Shown piece by piece: positions 8,968 to 17,499 of a stretch of DNA of 64,000 nt. The DNA comes from Candidatus Desulfatibia vada (GTDB taxonomy: Bacteria > Desulfobacterota > Desulfobacteria > Desulfobacterales > UBA11574). How positions within the stretch are numbered: the first letter of the stretch is position 1; each line of letters opens with the position of its first letter. The DNA lies in the NCBI GenBank assembly GCA_014383215.1, contig JACNIG010000247.1, positions 4,786-68,785 on the forward strand. The letters are read 5' to 3'. A model generated the notes under the pieces. That model saw only the letters and a program-made list of their open reading frames with translations, was not told where the DNA came from and searched no databases. The translations under genes were made by a program, and so were the position numbers.

Positions 8968-10314
8968 TTAGTGTTTCTTTTTCTTCAAAGCATACATATC
9001 CATATCGGCTCGGCGCAGAATGTCCTCAGGACCTTCGCCGGCTACGGCCTGTGCAAAGCCGGCGCTTACAGCCACTTTGATATCTCCGCTACTACGGGAA
9101 TAAAAACGTTTTTTTCTGAAATTTTCTTCAAATTTCATGATTCTTTCCCGGGCCATTTCTTCACCCAGTCCTTCAACGACAACAGCGAACTCATCGCCTC
9201 CAAATCTTGCGATGCAATCATTTTTGCGAAAGGTTGTTTGCAGACACTGAGCTATTTTTTGCAAAACTTTATCTCCTGACAGATGCCCAAAGGTGTCATT
9301 GATATTTTTAAAATCATCTACATCAAAAAGCACTATTGAAAATAGTTTGCCGCCTTCATCGAAAGTTTTTAGAGCACTCTTTACCCTCAAATCAAAAGTA
9401 TTACGGTTGGAAAGACCGGTGAGGCCGTCTATTGTAGCCGCCGTTTGAAAATATTTGGCCTTTTGGGTCATTGCGCCGGCTTCCCGTTCCGCCACAACGA
9501 TCCTTTTTCTAAGTCTGTTAATATTTTTCTTGGATTTTCGAATCCTTTGCATTTCTTTCTTTTTTCTTAGCGAAATAAGATTTTTTATTTTCGCCAGTTT
9601 TTCAACAACAGCGCTCTTTATCTCCTCAATGGTTGCATGTATATTAAAAGAGTCGACTATTGATCCTACTTTATCGTGGATCGTTATCTCAAACTGCTCA
9701 ATCTCTTTTTGCCTGACATCTTCATCAAATTCGCTCGTCAAATCCTTTTCCAGTTTTTTGACATGATCTAAAAGTGCAAGTAACGTATTGTTTATATACC
9801 TGAAGTCTTCCGCGATCTTGACCTTCAGATTTTTAATAAAACTCAAAAAGTCAACCGTGGCATCCTCCAGTTCAGCCTGGGTTATATCGGCATGGCAGTC
9901 TATTTGAATCGAGTCGGCAGTTGCTTTCAACTCACTGCTCAGCGGATAAAAATCATCAAGAAGAGCAACTGTAATTCTTTTTACAATTCTGCATACCCCC
10001 AGCAGGCTCTCCTTTAATCCATCCAGCTGCACTATGCCTTCTTCATCAAATCCTCTGGAGGTCTCCATTGTAAAAACCTTGCTTCTAAGCTTGCCAATTT
10101 CCTTCTCAATCAGATCCACTGGTAAAGCTTTGTCGGTGTTCACACTTTTTTTGATGGCTTGAAACTCTTCTGCAAATTCCTCATGGGTTGCCATCACCAT
10201 ACCAAACGAATTAATAATTTTTAAAAGGCACTCTTTTTCCTGATTGCTTTCCTGCTCTAATTTATAAAAATCTTGCTTTAATCGCTCTATCTCGGCGGAT
10301 TGATCTTTATCCAT
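8968..10314 (-). CDS. diguanylate cyclase (GGDEF) with a long N-terminal coiled-coil region
   Basis: The likely start is MDKDQS at 10314, with AGAGGTGA upstream. The C-terminal GGDEF domain shows DGLTGLSNR, DVDDFKNIND and RFGGDEFAVV. Confidence 0.9.
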   Translation of the reverse strand: MDKDQSAEIERLKQDFYKLEQESNQEKECLLKIINSFGMVMATHEEFAEEFQAIKKSVNTDKALPVDLIEKEIGKLRSKVFTMETSRGFDEEGIVQLDGLKESLLGVCRIVKRITVALLDDFYPLSSELKATADSIQIDCHADITQAELEDATVDFLSFIKNLKVKIAEDFRYINNTLLALLDHVKKLEKDLTSEFDEDVRQKEIEQFEITIHDKVGSIVDSFNIHATIEEIKSAVVEKLAKIKNLISLRKKKEMQRIRKSKKNINRLRKRIVVAEREAGAMTQKAKYFQTAATIDGLTGLSNRNTFDLRVKSALKTFDEGGKLFSIVLFDVDDFKNINDTFGHLSGDKVLQKIAQCLQTTFRKNDCIARFGGDEFAVVVEGLGEEMARERIMKFEENFRKKRFYSRSSGDIKVAVSAGFAQAVAGEGPEDILRRADMDMYALKKKKH

Positions 10315-10540
10315 AAGTTCACCTCTAACGGCTTTTCCAAAATTATAAGTAAATCCTGAAGATTTTGTTAATCCTGTCGAAATAAATGCAAAAACCATGC
10401 AAATTTGGCCAAGCGGATGTGAAAAAAGAGGATGTCAATATATTTCAAATAGATAGATGAAATATACAAATCGTCTAGATGTGATTATGATGATGAATAT
10501 TTGACAATTATGCTGGATTTTTTGGCACAATTAGAGTGCT

Positions 10541-11019
10541 TTACCAGTTTTCGTCCGTATCACCGGAAGGCGTTTGTTGTTCTAGAAGGAATGTGAATTT
10601 ATGAATATGGATCATGATTTCATCACCGCTTTTGAGTTTAATAGGTGAATACGGTACGATTTTTTTGCCGTTGAGGTAGGTTTTATTTTTGCTCCTCTGA
10701 TCTGCCAGGTAAAAAAAACCATCCTGATATTCAATGGTAGCATGCAGACTCGAAACGGTCTCTTCGGGGATGGCAACATCATTGCTTGAGTCCCGGCCGA
10801 TCTTTATTTCGTAACGACCTCCCGGGTTAGGAATTGCGGGTCATTTTTTTGCATGCTGCCGGAATTATCTATAACCAGGGCAATATCGAATTCTTGCAGT
10901 ACGGGGCGGGACTCAGGCTGTGCACCTTCTTTTTTAGCTTCGACCTGAGCGTAACTACCAAATAACGCTGCCAGCAAAATCAAAGCAAACCCAAAGAAGG
11001 CCGTAATCGACTTTTTCAT
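10541..11019 (-). pseudogene. remnant of a secreted VWA-domain / FHA-domain protein (internal deletion plus frameshift)
   Basis: The 71-aa ORF consists of a signal peptide plus the start of a VWA domain (DIALVIDNSGSMQKNDPQFL) and then stops. In another frame, with no start codon, it continues directly into an FHA domain: GRYEIKIGRDSSNDVAIPEETVSSLHATIEYQDGFFYLADQRSKNKTYLNGKKI...W* (my own translation; stop at 10541). Confidence 0.65.
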
Positions 11020-11082
11020 ATTAGATACACTCCCGTATCATGCCCTTACAAGCCCCGAAAACGGGCAACCAAAAAAAAACCA

Positions 11083-11197
11083 CCAAGGCACAAAGACACA
11101 AATATCAGTGATCAGTTGTCGGTTATCGGTAGTCAGTTTTCCCTTACTGATAACTTCTCACTGATGACTGTTCACTCGTGATTGTCTTGGTGTCTTA
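11083..11197. repeat. imperfect palindrome built from degenerate short words (CCAAGGCAC / AAAGACAC / CAGTGATCAG...)
   Basis: The left arm is CCAAGGCACAAAGACACAAATATCAGTGATCAGTTGTCGG.... The right arm is ...CTGATGACTGTTCACTCGTGATTGTCTTGGTGTCTT. The word set is shared with 39463-39635 and 40383-40459. Confidence 0.6.
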
Positions 11198-11297
11198 ACG
11201 GCAATGAAAAAAAATTTGCTGCAAAAAAGTAAACATTTTACAACCAGGAGACTAATTCCCTGAATATTGCGAGATTGTCTGTGTAAGATTCGGGCAT

Positions 11298-11669
11298 TTA
11301 CTTTTTTACCGCCAATAACTCCTGCTGAGATTGAGAATCCTGAGATGTAATGCAATTTACCTGAGCGTTTAAAACCCCCCCGGCTTCCACGACAAAATCT
11401 TTACAGACTACTTTACCCGAACAGTTTCCGGTAGAAAGGATAATCAATTCCTTTGAAGCTCTGATCTCTCCTTCAAACGTTCCGCCAATGGTCATACTGG
11501 AAGCTTTTGTATCTGCAAAAACCTTCCCTTCCTCGGCAATAATTACGGTTTCCCCGATAAGCGTCCCCTTGACAACCCCTTTTATCACCAGCTTACCTTT
11601 GCTGGAAATAGTACCGTCAACCGTCAACTCTTTGTCAATGATGGAAAAGTCTTTGGATTTATTTTTCAT
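11298..11669 (-). CDS. bactofilin (polymer-forming cytoskeletal protein, DUF583)
   Basis: 123 aa with the repetitive beta-helix pattern ...VDGTISSKGKLVIKGVVKGTLIGETVIIAEEGKVFADTKASSMTIGGTFEGEI... Confidence 0.85.
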   Translation of the reverse strand: MKNKSKDFSIIDKELTVDGTISSKGKLVIKGVVKGTLIGETVIIAEEGKVFADTKASSMTIGGTFEGEIRASKELIILSTGNCSGKVVCKDFVVEAGGVLNAQVNCITSQDSQSQQELLAVKK

Positions 11670-13503
11670 TATGCGTCTCCCGCGAACAATTTAAAGTAAC
11701 TGAACCGAGGAATATTTTATCACGCTCAATTTCCAGGCGATAACTACATGATGCTTTGTCTGCATCGCTGTTTGCTATGTTGTTTATCGCCATAGGCTTG
11801 CCAATATCTACAGGCCGCCTAACAGCATCGGAACCGGCGATAAAGGCCTTTACGCCCGCATTCCGAACAACATTAGTACTTATATCAAACAGCTTCAAAG
11901 GCGTATCCACATCCACCAAAGCCGTGTCACCGGGAGTCAAACCGCGCAGCTCGCCGTTTTCCGTCCCTATAACGACGTATTTCAGAACCGGGTCTTCAAG
12001 ATCAAAGAATAGTTTTCCGATGATATCACCATTATTTTCAACGATCATTTGATAATACTTCCCTCTTTTCCCCAAAGAATAGCTTTTCCACAAATCTCGG
12101 CCTGTATTGATGACATATCCACGATCCTCACCGGTGTTATTGTCAGGAGCTCCCACATACCCCTTAAGATTAACTATCATTTCGGAAGGATTGCCAATAT
12201 CTGAAATTACGTCAACAATTTCAACTTTGTCACCTTTTACGAGCTTGACGTGCTCTTCATTTTCAAAGATACGTTCATCGCCGTTAATTTTGATCTTATA
12301 TAAAAGTATGCCCGAGCCTGTTTTTTTTTGATCTGATACGGCGGCTTCAGCGACTAATTTCTTCCCGCCGCCTATTATTTTTATATTGATGCTGCCGCAT
12401 GCATAGTAATCTTTGCGCACAATAATTTTTGTGGGTTTTGTGATAGAGATTTTCTTACGTATATCGCTTACGGTTCCGTAACCGGCAATATCGGCAGTCA
12501 GTCCGCGCTTATAGTTGGACTCAATATGAGATATCATAATCGTATCACCGGCCTCGATCGACAGTGGCTGCCCGTCCTTGACTACCACGGGCAGAGAATC
12601 GTTGATCGAAATGACCAGATAGTTGAGTACCGGACGCTCAAGCTTAATTCCCGGTGTTTCGGGTACAATCCCCAATCTATCCATAAAGGCATTGATGGTA
12701 AGATTATGATGGCGAATCTTTTGCTCCATGGAAAGAGATTTGCTGCTTTCAATTCCAAAAGCCGGAATTCCATATGTATATAAAGCATAATATGTGGCGG
12801 ATTTTCGTTGTTCTTTATGCAGGGAACTGACTTCCTGTGTTCTGTGGTTGTTGAAATGAAAATGGTTGCGGGGATTTTTTATTTTTTTATTGATCTCCTG
12901 ACTGACAAACCTTGCCATTTCGCCCAGATGGATCGTTTTCCCGGTTTTAGGATCCACATAAGTATCGACGTCTGCAATAATCGACTGGCCATACCTTTTC
13001 GGGTTTCTATGGGGTCCTTCCCATTTTGCGGAATAAAAACCGGAACCTTCATGCAAATTAAGCAGGCAATCACTCTCACTGATCAGCTTTTTTAGAATTG
13101 CAACAATTTCGGTTTCATAGTTGCTTTTGGGATCTTCGCCGAATTTCCGATTCATATCTTCATTTATCTTGCGACGCTTGGCCACTATGGATCGAAAGTT
13201 GGCTCTGGGTACGACAATAAGATTCCCTTTCGCCAGACTGGTATCGGCATAATGATCAACGGAAAGGTATCCCCCCGGCTCATCTCCCTGGATCCCGCCG
13301 ATAAGCAGCAGCGTTTTCCCGGGTTCTTTACCGTAGATTCTATATACGTTAAGTTCATAATCCGTACCTTCAAAAAAAGCGGTGTGTATCCTTTTCTGGG
13401 CACGGACAGAACCCGGCAGAATAAAAACAAGTGCAATCACAAAAATAATTGCTCCGGCTTTGACGTGCACGGCAAATCCGGCTCTGTTGACAGTTGGAAA
13501 CAC
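11659..13503 (-). CDS. Csd4/Pgp1-like (peptidase M99 / M14-related) metallocarboxypeptidase with a large C-terminal extension
   Basis: 614 aa with a signal/TM anchor. The catalytic-domain motifs are LLLIGGIQGDEPGG (Q-x-x-E instead of H-x-x-E, as I recall for Csd4), VVPRAN and LLNLHEGSGFY. Its 3' end overlaps the bactofilin start by 11 nt. Confidence 0.7.
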   Translation of the reverse strand: MFPTVNRAGFAVHVKAGAIIFVIALVFILPGSVRAQKRIHTAFFEGTDYELNVYRIYGKEPGKTLLLIGGIQGDEPGGYLSVDHYADTSLAKGNLIVVPRANFRSIVAKRRKINEDMNRKFGEDPKSNYETEIVAILKKLISESDCLLNLHEGSGFYSAKWEGPHRNPKRYGQSIIADVDTYVDPKTGKTIHLGEMARFVSQEINKKIKNPRNHFHFNNHRTQEVSSLHKEQRKSATYYALYTYGIPAFGIESSKSLSMEQKIRHHNLTINAFMDRLGIVPETPGIKLERPVLNYLVISINDSLPVVVKDGQPLSIEAGDTIMISHIESNYKRGLTADIAGYGTVSDIRKKISITKPTKIIVRKDYYACGSINIKIIGGGKKLVAEAAVSDQKKTGSGILLYKIKINGDERIFENEEHVKLVKGDKVEIVDVISDIGNPSEMIVNLKGYVGAPDNNTGEDRGYVINTGRDLWKSYSLGKRGKYYQMIVENNGDIIGKLFFDLEDPVLKYVVIGTENGELRGLTPGDTALVDVDTPLKLFDISTNVVRNAGVKAFIAGSDAVRRPVDIGKPMAINNIANSDADKASCSYRLEIERDKIFLGSVTLNCSRETHNEK

Positions 13504-13513
13504 TATTTTATCC

Positions 13514-14458
13514 TTATCCTTCCGTCGGTTCAGGAGGCGTTACTTGAACTGTTATGGGAATTTCACTCTCCAACAACAGCTTTCCATCTGCGTTATAAAT
13601 AAATATCGTTACATATTGAAAACGTTTCGGGTCACCCGAGTATTTGTGCTGAAATTTCACGGTTTTAAAACGGGCAATTGAAAAATATTGCCCCCTGCGG
13701 ATCCGGGAAGGCTTCCCTGATACAAAAGAGACAGACGGAATTGCAAACCATTGTTTCCGGTCATCCCTATCAATTTTTAATACCACAAAGGCATGCCCTG
13801 AAATCGTTTCTGTGTTCTGATCGGATTTTCTGAGTTTAAACGTTACCTTCAAGTTATTGGCTTCTAATGTATTCAAAACCATCAAATCTTCAATACTGAT
13901 CATTTGCGGTTCTGCATCCGGCATGCTTGGTTCGGAAATATCCTGTTCATCCCCTACAACCGCTGCAATTGCAGCCTCTTTTTCAGGCGGAACTTCTTTT
14001 ACGGTTTCAACAACTTTTTTAATATCCGGCGCTGGGGGTTTAATAGCTGCAGAAACGTATTTATCTTTAGACAGGTCCGTCTTTTTTTCAGTTGTTTTTT
14101 CTTCTGTCTCGATCCGGTCGGCTTTAATCTTCGCTTCAGCCAAGACCATACGAACCATAAGGAGTTCCTTTTCATCCTGCAGAGACTTTACCTTCTGTCG
14201 TGAAACTCCCAAAGCGTTTATCAGGCTCCTATTTTCTTCAGCTTCGCTGCTGTACAGAAAATAAAGACCCACCGCTAAAGCAACCACAATGAAAACCGCA
14301 AAAGTGAGTGTAATCGCAAGTCCTTTAAAGCGCTTGACCGGAATTACTTTTCCACGATCTCCTACGAACAAAAGGGTCCAGCGGCCGGCCCTCTTTTTTG
14401 GTTTCGGTACGGCGATCCCGTTTAACTCTTTTACCCGGTTTCCCGAAAGATGTTTCAT
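13514..14458 (-). CDS. hypothetical single-pass membrane protein with coiled-coil and acidic linker
   Basis: 314 aa with one TM (LTFAVFIVVALAVGLYFLY), a coiled-coil stretch and an unassigned C-terminal ~110-aa domain. Its stop lies 10 nt upstream of the carboxypeptidase start. Confidence 0.6.
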   Translation of the reverse strand: MKHLSGNRVKELNGIAVPKPKKRAGRWTLLFVGDRGKVIPVKRFKGLAITLTFAVFIVVALAVGLYFLYSSEAEENRSLINALGVSRQKVKSLQDEKELLMVRMVLAEAKIKADRIETEEKTTEKKTDLSKDKYVSAAIKPPAPDIKKVVETVKEVPPEKEAAIAAVVGDEQDISEPSMPDAEPQMISIEDLMVLNTLEANNLKVTFKLRKSDQNTETISGHAFVVLKIDRDDRKQWFAIPSVSFVSGKPSRIRRGQYFSIARFKTVKFQHKYSGDPKRFQYVTIFIYNADGKLLLESEIPITVQVTPPEPTEG

Positions 14459-14562
14459 AGGCTGTATTCTCTTATATGTTTGTTTAACATATCAATGTGT
14501 TAAGTTCAACAATCATAAACCCAGAATATATTTAGAAATTCTAAATCTAAGATATGCTTGAA

Positions 14563-14960
14563 CTAATTGGACAATATCAAGTGAACAGCATCTCCTTTTA
14601 CAGCTCCCAAATAGCGTCGGGCACTACCGCAATTCACGGCGATCTCCAGATATCCGGAGCTGCCGATTATGGCCATAGGGCTCTGGAGGCTTGCACTTTC
14701 ATAATTTAAAGACAATCCGTTAATTTTACTCTGTCCGATCGCGACTTGAAGCTTTTTGCTTTTGCCGGCATTTATAAAAGCCGCAAGACAATCTGAATCA
14801 ATAAATGATAAAGGCCGCCTGGCACAGGTCATGGGGATCAACGTGGTGAGTGATATCGATAATCACGGCATCCGGGTTTACTGACAGGATAACGCCCTTC
14901 ATGAGACCCACATATGTGTCTTTAAGGCCAAAATCTGTTAAGAGTGTAATAGTCGACATG
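14563..14960 (-). pseudogene. remnant of SAM hydroxide adenosyltransferase (DUF62) gene, with internal deletion and frameshift
   Basis: My own translation from the ATG at 14960 gives MSTITLLTDFGLKDTYVGLMKGVILSVNPDAVIIDITHHVDPHDLCQAAFIIY*, the family N-terminus. The 92-aa track ORF in another frame ends ...GSSGYLEIAVNCGSARRYLGAVKGDAVHLIL, the family C-terminus. About 140 central residues are missing. Confidence 0.65.
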
Positions 14961-14962
14961 GT

Positions 14963-16006
14963 TCAGTGAAATATTTTTTGCTGAATACTGTGCCCCAAGT
15001 GACGATACGCTGCATCCGATGCCTTTCTACCTGAAGATGTTCTTATGACCATTCCGATTTTCAAAAGATAGGGTTCAACCACATCTACCAGCGTATCAGA
15101 CTCTTCCTGAAGAGTGGCGGCAATAGCTTCGATGCCAACCGGACCGCCTTTATAAAACTCGATAATTGTTTGCAGATAGCGACGGTCAAAATTCGTGAGC
15201 CCTTTTTCATCAACCCCTTCCAGGGACAATGCTTCCGTAACTGTTCTTTTGATAATGACTCCGTCTGCCCGCACCTGGGCATAATCCCGCACCCGTTTGA
15301 GAAGCCTGTTGACTATCCTGGGTGTTCCTCGGGATCGCTTTGAAAGCTCGGCGGCGCTTTCATCATCTATCTCAACGTTAAGCAACATCGCCGAACGCCT
15401 GATGATTTTTACCAGCTCTTCTTCACTGTAAAAATCAAGGTTCCTGAAAATGCCAAATCGATCCCGCAGGGGCGCCGACAAGAGCCCTACCCGGGTAGTA
15501 GCCCCGGCAAGCGTAAATCGATTCAGGCGGTATTTGTGACTGCGGGCATACATCCCCTTATCGAAGACAAAATCAACGGCAAAATCCTCCATGGCAGGAT
15601 AAAGAAACTCTTCCACCGTCTTTGGTATGCGGTGGACCTCGTCGATAAAAAGAATATCTCCATCTTCAAGATGTGTAAGGATGCCGATCAGATCTCCGCC
15701 CTTTTCAAGGGCAGGTCCGGAAGTTGAGGTAAGATTTCCTCCCATTTCATTGGCGATTATATGCGCCAGGGTTGTTTTCCCCAGACCTGGCGGGCCGTGT
15801 AAAAGAATATGGTCTATCGGTTCTTGGCGCTGCTTGGCCGCCTCAATAGCAATTTGAAGGGTTTCCACAACCTCAGACTGGCCGACATAGTCTGCGAATT
15901 TTTCTGGTCGCAGGGACAGAATTGCCGGTTTCCGGTCGTCCGGCAGGCATGCCCCGGTCAGTACACCCTGCTTATTAAAAGAATCTAATAGGATATCGTC
16001 TGTCAT
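14963..16006 (-). CDS. ruvB: Holliday junction branch migration helicase RuvB
   Basis: 347 aa with [20 protein letters not shown] and the typical RuvB C-terminal winged helix. Confidence 0.97.
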   Translation of the reverse strand: MTDDILLDSFNKQGVLTGACLPDDRKPAILSLRPEKFADYVGQSEVVETLQIAIEAAKQRQEPIDHILLHGPPGLGKTTLAHIIANEMGGNLTSTSGPALEKGGDLIGILTHLEDGDILFIDEVHRIPKTVEEFLYPAMEDFAVDFVFDKGMYARSHKYRLNRFTLAGATTRVGLLSAPLRDRFGIFRNLDFYSEEELVKIIRRSAMLLNVEIDDESAAELSKRSRGTPRIVNRLLKRVRDYAQVRADGVIIKRTVTEALSLEGVDEKGLTNFDRRYLQTIIEFYKGGPVGIEAIAATLQEESDTLVDVVEPYLLKIGMVIRTSSGRKASDAAYRHLGHSIQQKIFH

Positions 16007-16015
16007 AATATGTCT

Positions 16016-16627
16016 TTATTTCTCGCTCCGATATACTTCTTCAAAAAGTTCTTCAGAAGTAGTAATCGCACTATTACGTTGCATGGCTGCGGCAATCATC
16101 CGCTTTGCATCGCTGACTCTATAGCCCAACTGACCGACAAGTACATCCATGACCTGTTTGGCAGCATCCTCCTCTACCGGCATCTTTGCTTTCTCCGCTT
16201 TGCGGATTAATGCAAACTTGTCCATCTTACCTTCAAGGGTGGCTATTATTTTGCGAGCAGTCCGTTCACCGATTCCTTTTAATTGCTTTAGCTTTTGTAC
16301 ATCTTTGGCCTCTATGGCCCTGGCAATCTCGCGCACAGAAATATCCAGGGCCTTAACCGCCTTCATGGCGCCAATGGCTTCTACCGAAATAAAATGTTGA
16401 AAGAATTCTTTCTCGACTTCAAGATTAAAACCGATCAGTACCGGCTTGGGTTGGCGCTCGGTCTGCTGGTGAAAAATATAAAGAGATATCTTTTCGCCAA
16501 TAGATTTTGTTCGCAAGGTCTCCATCACAAAGACGGGCAGTAAAACCTCATATCCAACCTGGTTGGCCAACAGGAGTATCCTGTCTCCCTCCTTTTTCAA
16601 CAATGTGCCTTCAAGGTAACCGATCAT
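16016..16627 (-). CDS. ruvA: Holliday junction DNA-binding protein RuvA
   Basis: 203 aa: MIGYLEGTL..., with the HhH motifs ...LKQLKGIGERTARKI. Confidence 0.95.
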   Translation of the reverse strand: MIGYLEGTLLKKEGDRILLLANQVGYEVLLPVFVMETLRTKSIGEKISLYIFHQQTERQPKPVLIGFNLEVEKEFFQHFISVEAIGAMKAVKALDISVREIARAIEAKDVQKLKQLKGIGERTARKIIATLEGKMDKFALIRKAEKAKMPVEEDAAKQVMDVLVGQLGYRVSDAKRMIAAAMQRNSAITTSEELFEEVYRSEK

Positions 16628-17109
16628 TATCTTTTTTTAAAACGAAACAGGCCCAAAAGCGCTAAACCCATAGCATCGGAAGCATGGTAAGGCCGAATAG
16701 GTGTTTGCAGTTTTAATAAATGCCGCACAGCCTTTTCAAGCTGCTTTTTGCTGGCATTGCCGTTTCCCGTCAATATCTGCTTGGCCTCGCGTACGGGTAC
16801 TTCGGCAACCGGTACGTTAGTCTTACACCCGGCAAGCAGAACAACACCGCTAACCTTCCCTAAGGTAATGCCTGCCTTTGGAAATTTTTCAACGGAAAAA
16901 ACGTCTTCAACTACCATGAGATCCGGCTTTGTATCCTCCAAAACCCGTATTAGTCTTGAATAAATCTGTTCAAGGCGATGTGGCAAAGATATATTGCTCG
17001 AAGTATTAATACTGCCGTAGGAAAAGCCATCTATCTTAAGCCCGCCTCCCCTGACGATTCCAAAACCAGTAGCAGCCAACCCTGGATCTATTCCGACAAT
17101 CGTTACCAT
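16627..17109 (-). CDS. ruvC: crossover junction endodeoxyribonuclease RuvC
   Basis: 160 aa: IVGIDPGLAATGFGIV..., MVVEDVF, ASKKQ, ...HASDAMGLAL. Confidence 0.95.
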   Translation of the reverse strand: MVTIVGIDPGLAATGFGIVRGGGLKIDGFSYGSINTSSNISLPHRLEQIYSRLIRVLEDTKPDLMVVEDVFSVEKFPKAGITLGKVSGVVLLAGCKTNVPVAEVPVREAKQILTGNGNASKKQLEKAVRHLLKLQTPIRPYHASDAMGLALLGLFRFKKR

Positions 17110-17126
17110 CCTAAACTCTTATTTCC

Positions 17127-17196
17127 GGATACTGGATACTGCATACTGGATACTCGATACTCGATACTGGATACTCGATACTCGATACCGGATACT
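17127..17196. repeat. tandem heptanucleotide repeat, 10 copies of (G/C)GATACT
   Basis: The copies read ggatact ggatact gcatact ggatact cgatact cgatact ggatact cgatact cgatacc ggatact. The repeat starts 18 nt upstream of the ruvC start codon. Confidence 0.9.
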
Positions 17197-17225
17197 AAAT
17201 AACTCAGTAGTCGGGAAGTTTTTTT

Positions 17226-17462
17226 CCATAATGCTTGGAAAATTAGCGAAATGGATGATCAGATTTTAAAGCGTGTGCTGTTTGAGTATATTAAGGATCG
17301 TTAGAAAGAACAGACGTATTGCCAAAAGCTGCCATGGCAAGCGATCACCAGTCGTTTTACAAAATAATTAATATTATTGCAAAAGCTTCTGTTCTTTCTT
17401 TACGAACCTTTATATACGAGTTCATACGGTTTAAAATATGATTATCCATTGAGCGGTCTTGC
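17226..17462 (+). repeat. ~237-bp long-hairpin repeat element, copy 1 (MITE-like or structured-RNA family)
   Basis: About 90% identical to the copies at 24463-24699 and 27764-27999. Its ~65-nt arms are GCG(A/C)AATGGATGATCAGATTTTAAAGCGTGTG...TTAGAAAGAACAG and CTGTTCTTTCTTTACGA...CGGTTTAAAAT(A/C)TGATTATCCATTG(A/C)GC. It is nested in an outer inverted repeat, CTCAGTAGTCGGGAAGTTTTT (17203-17223) paired with AAAAACTCCCCGACTACTCAAA (17466-17487). Confidence 0.85.
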
Positions 17463-17499
17463 AGCAAAAACTCCCCGACTACTCAAATAACTTTACATT

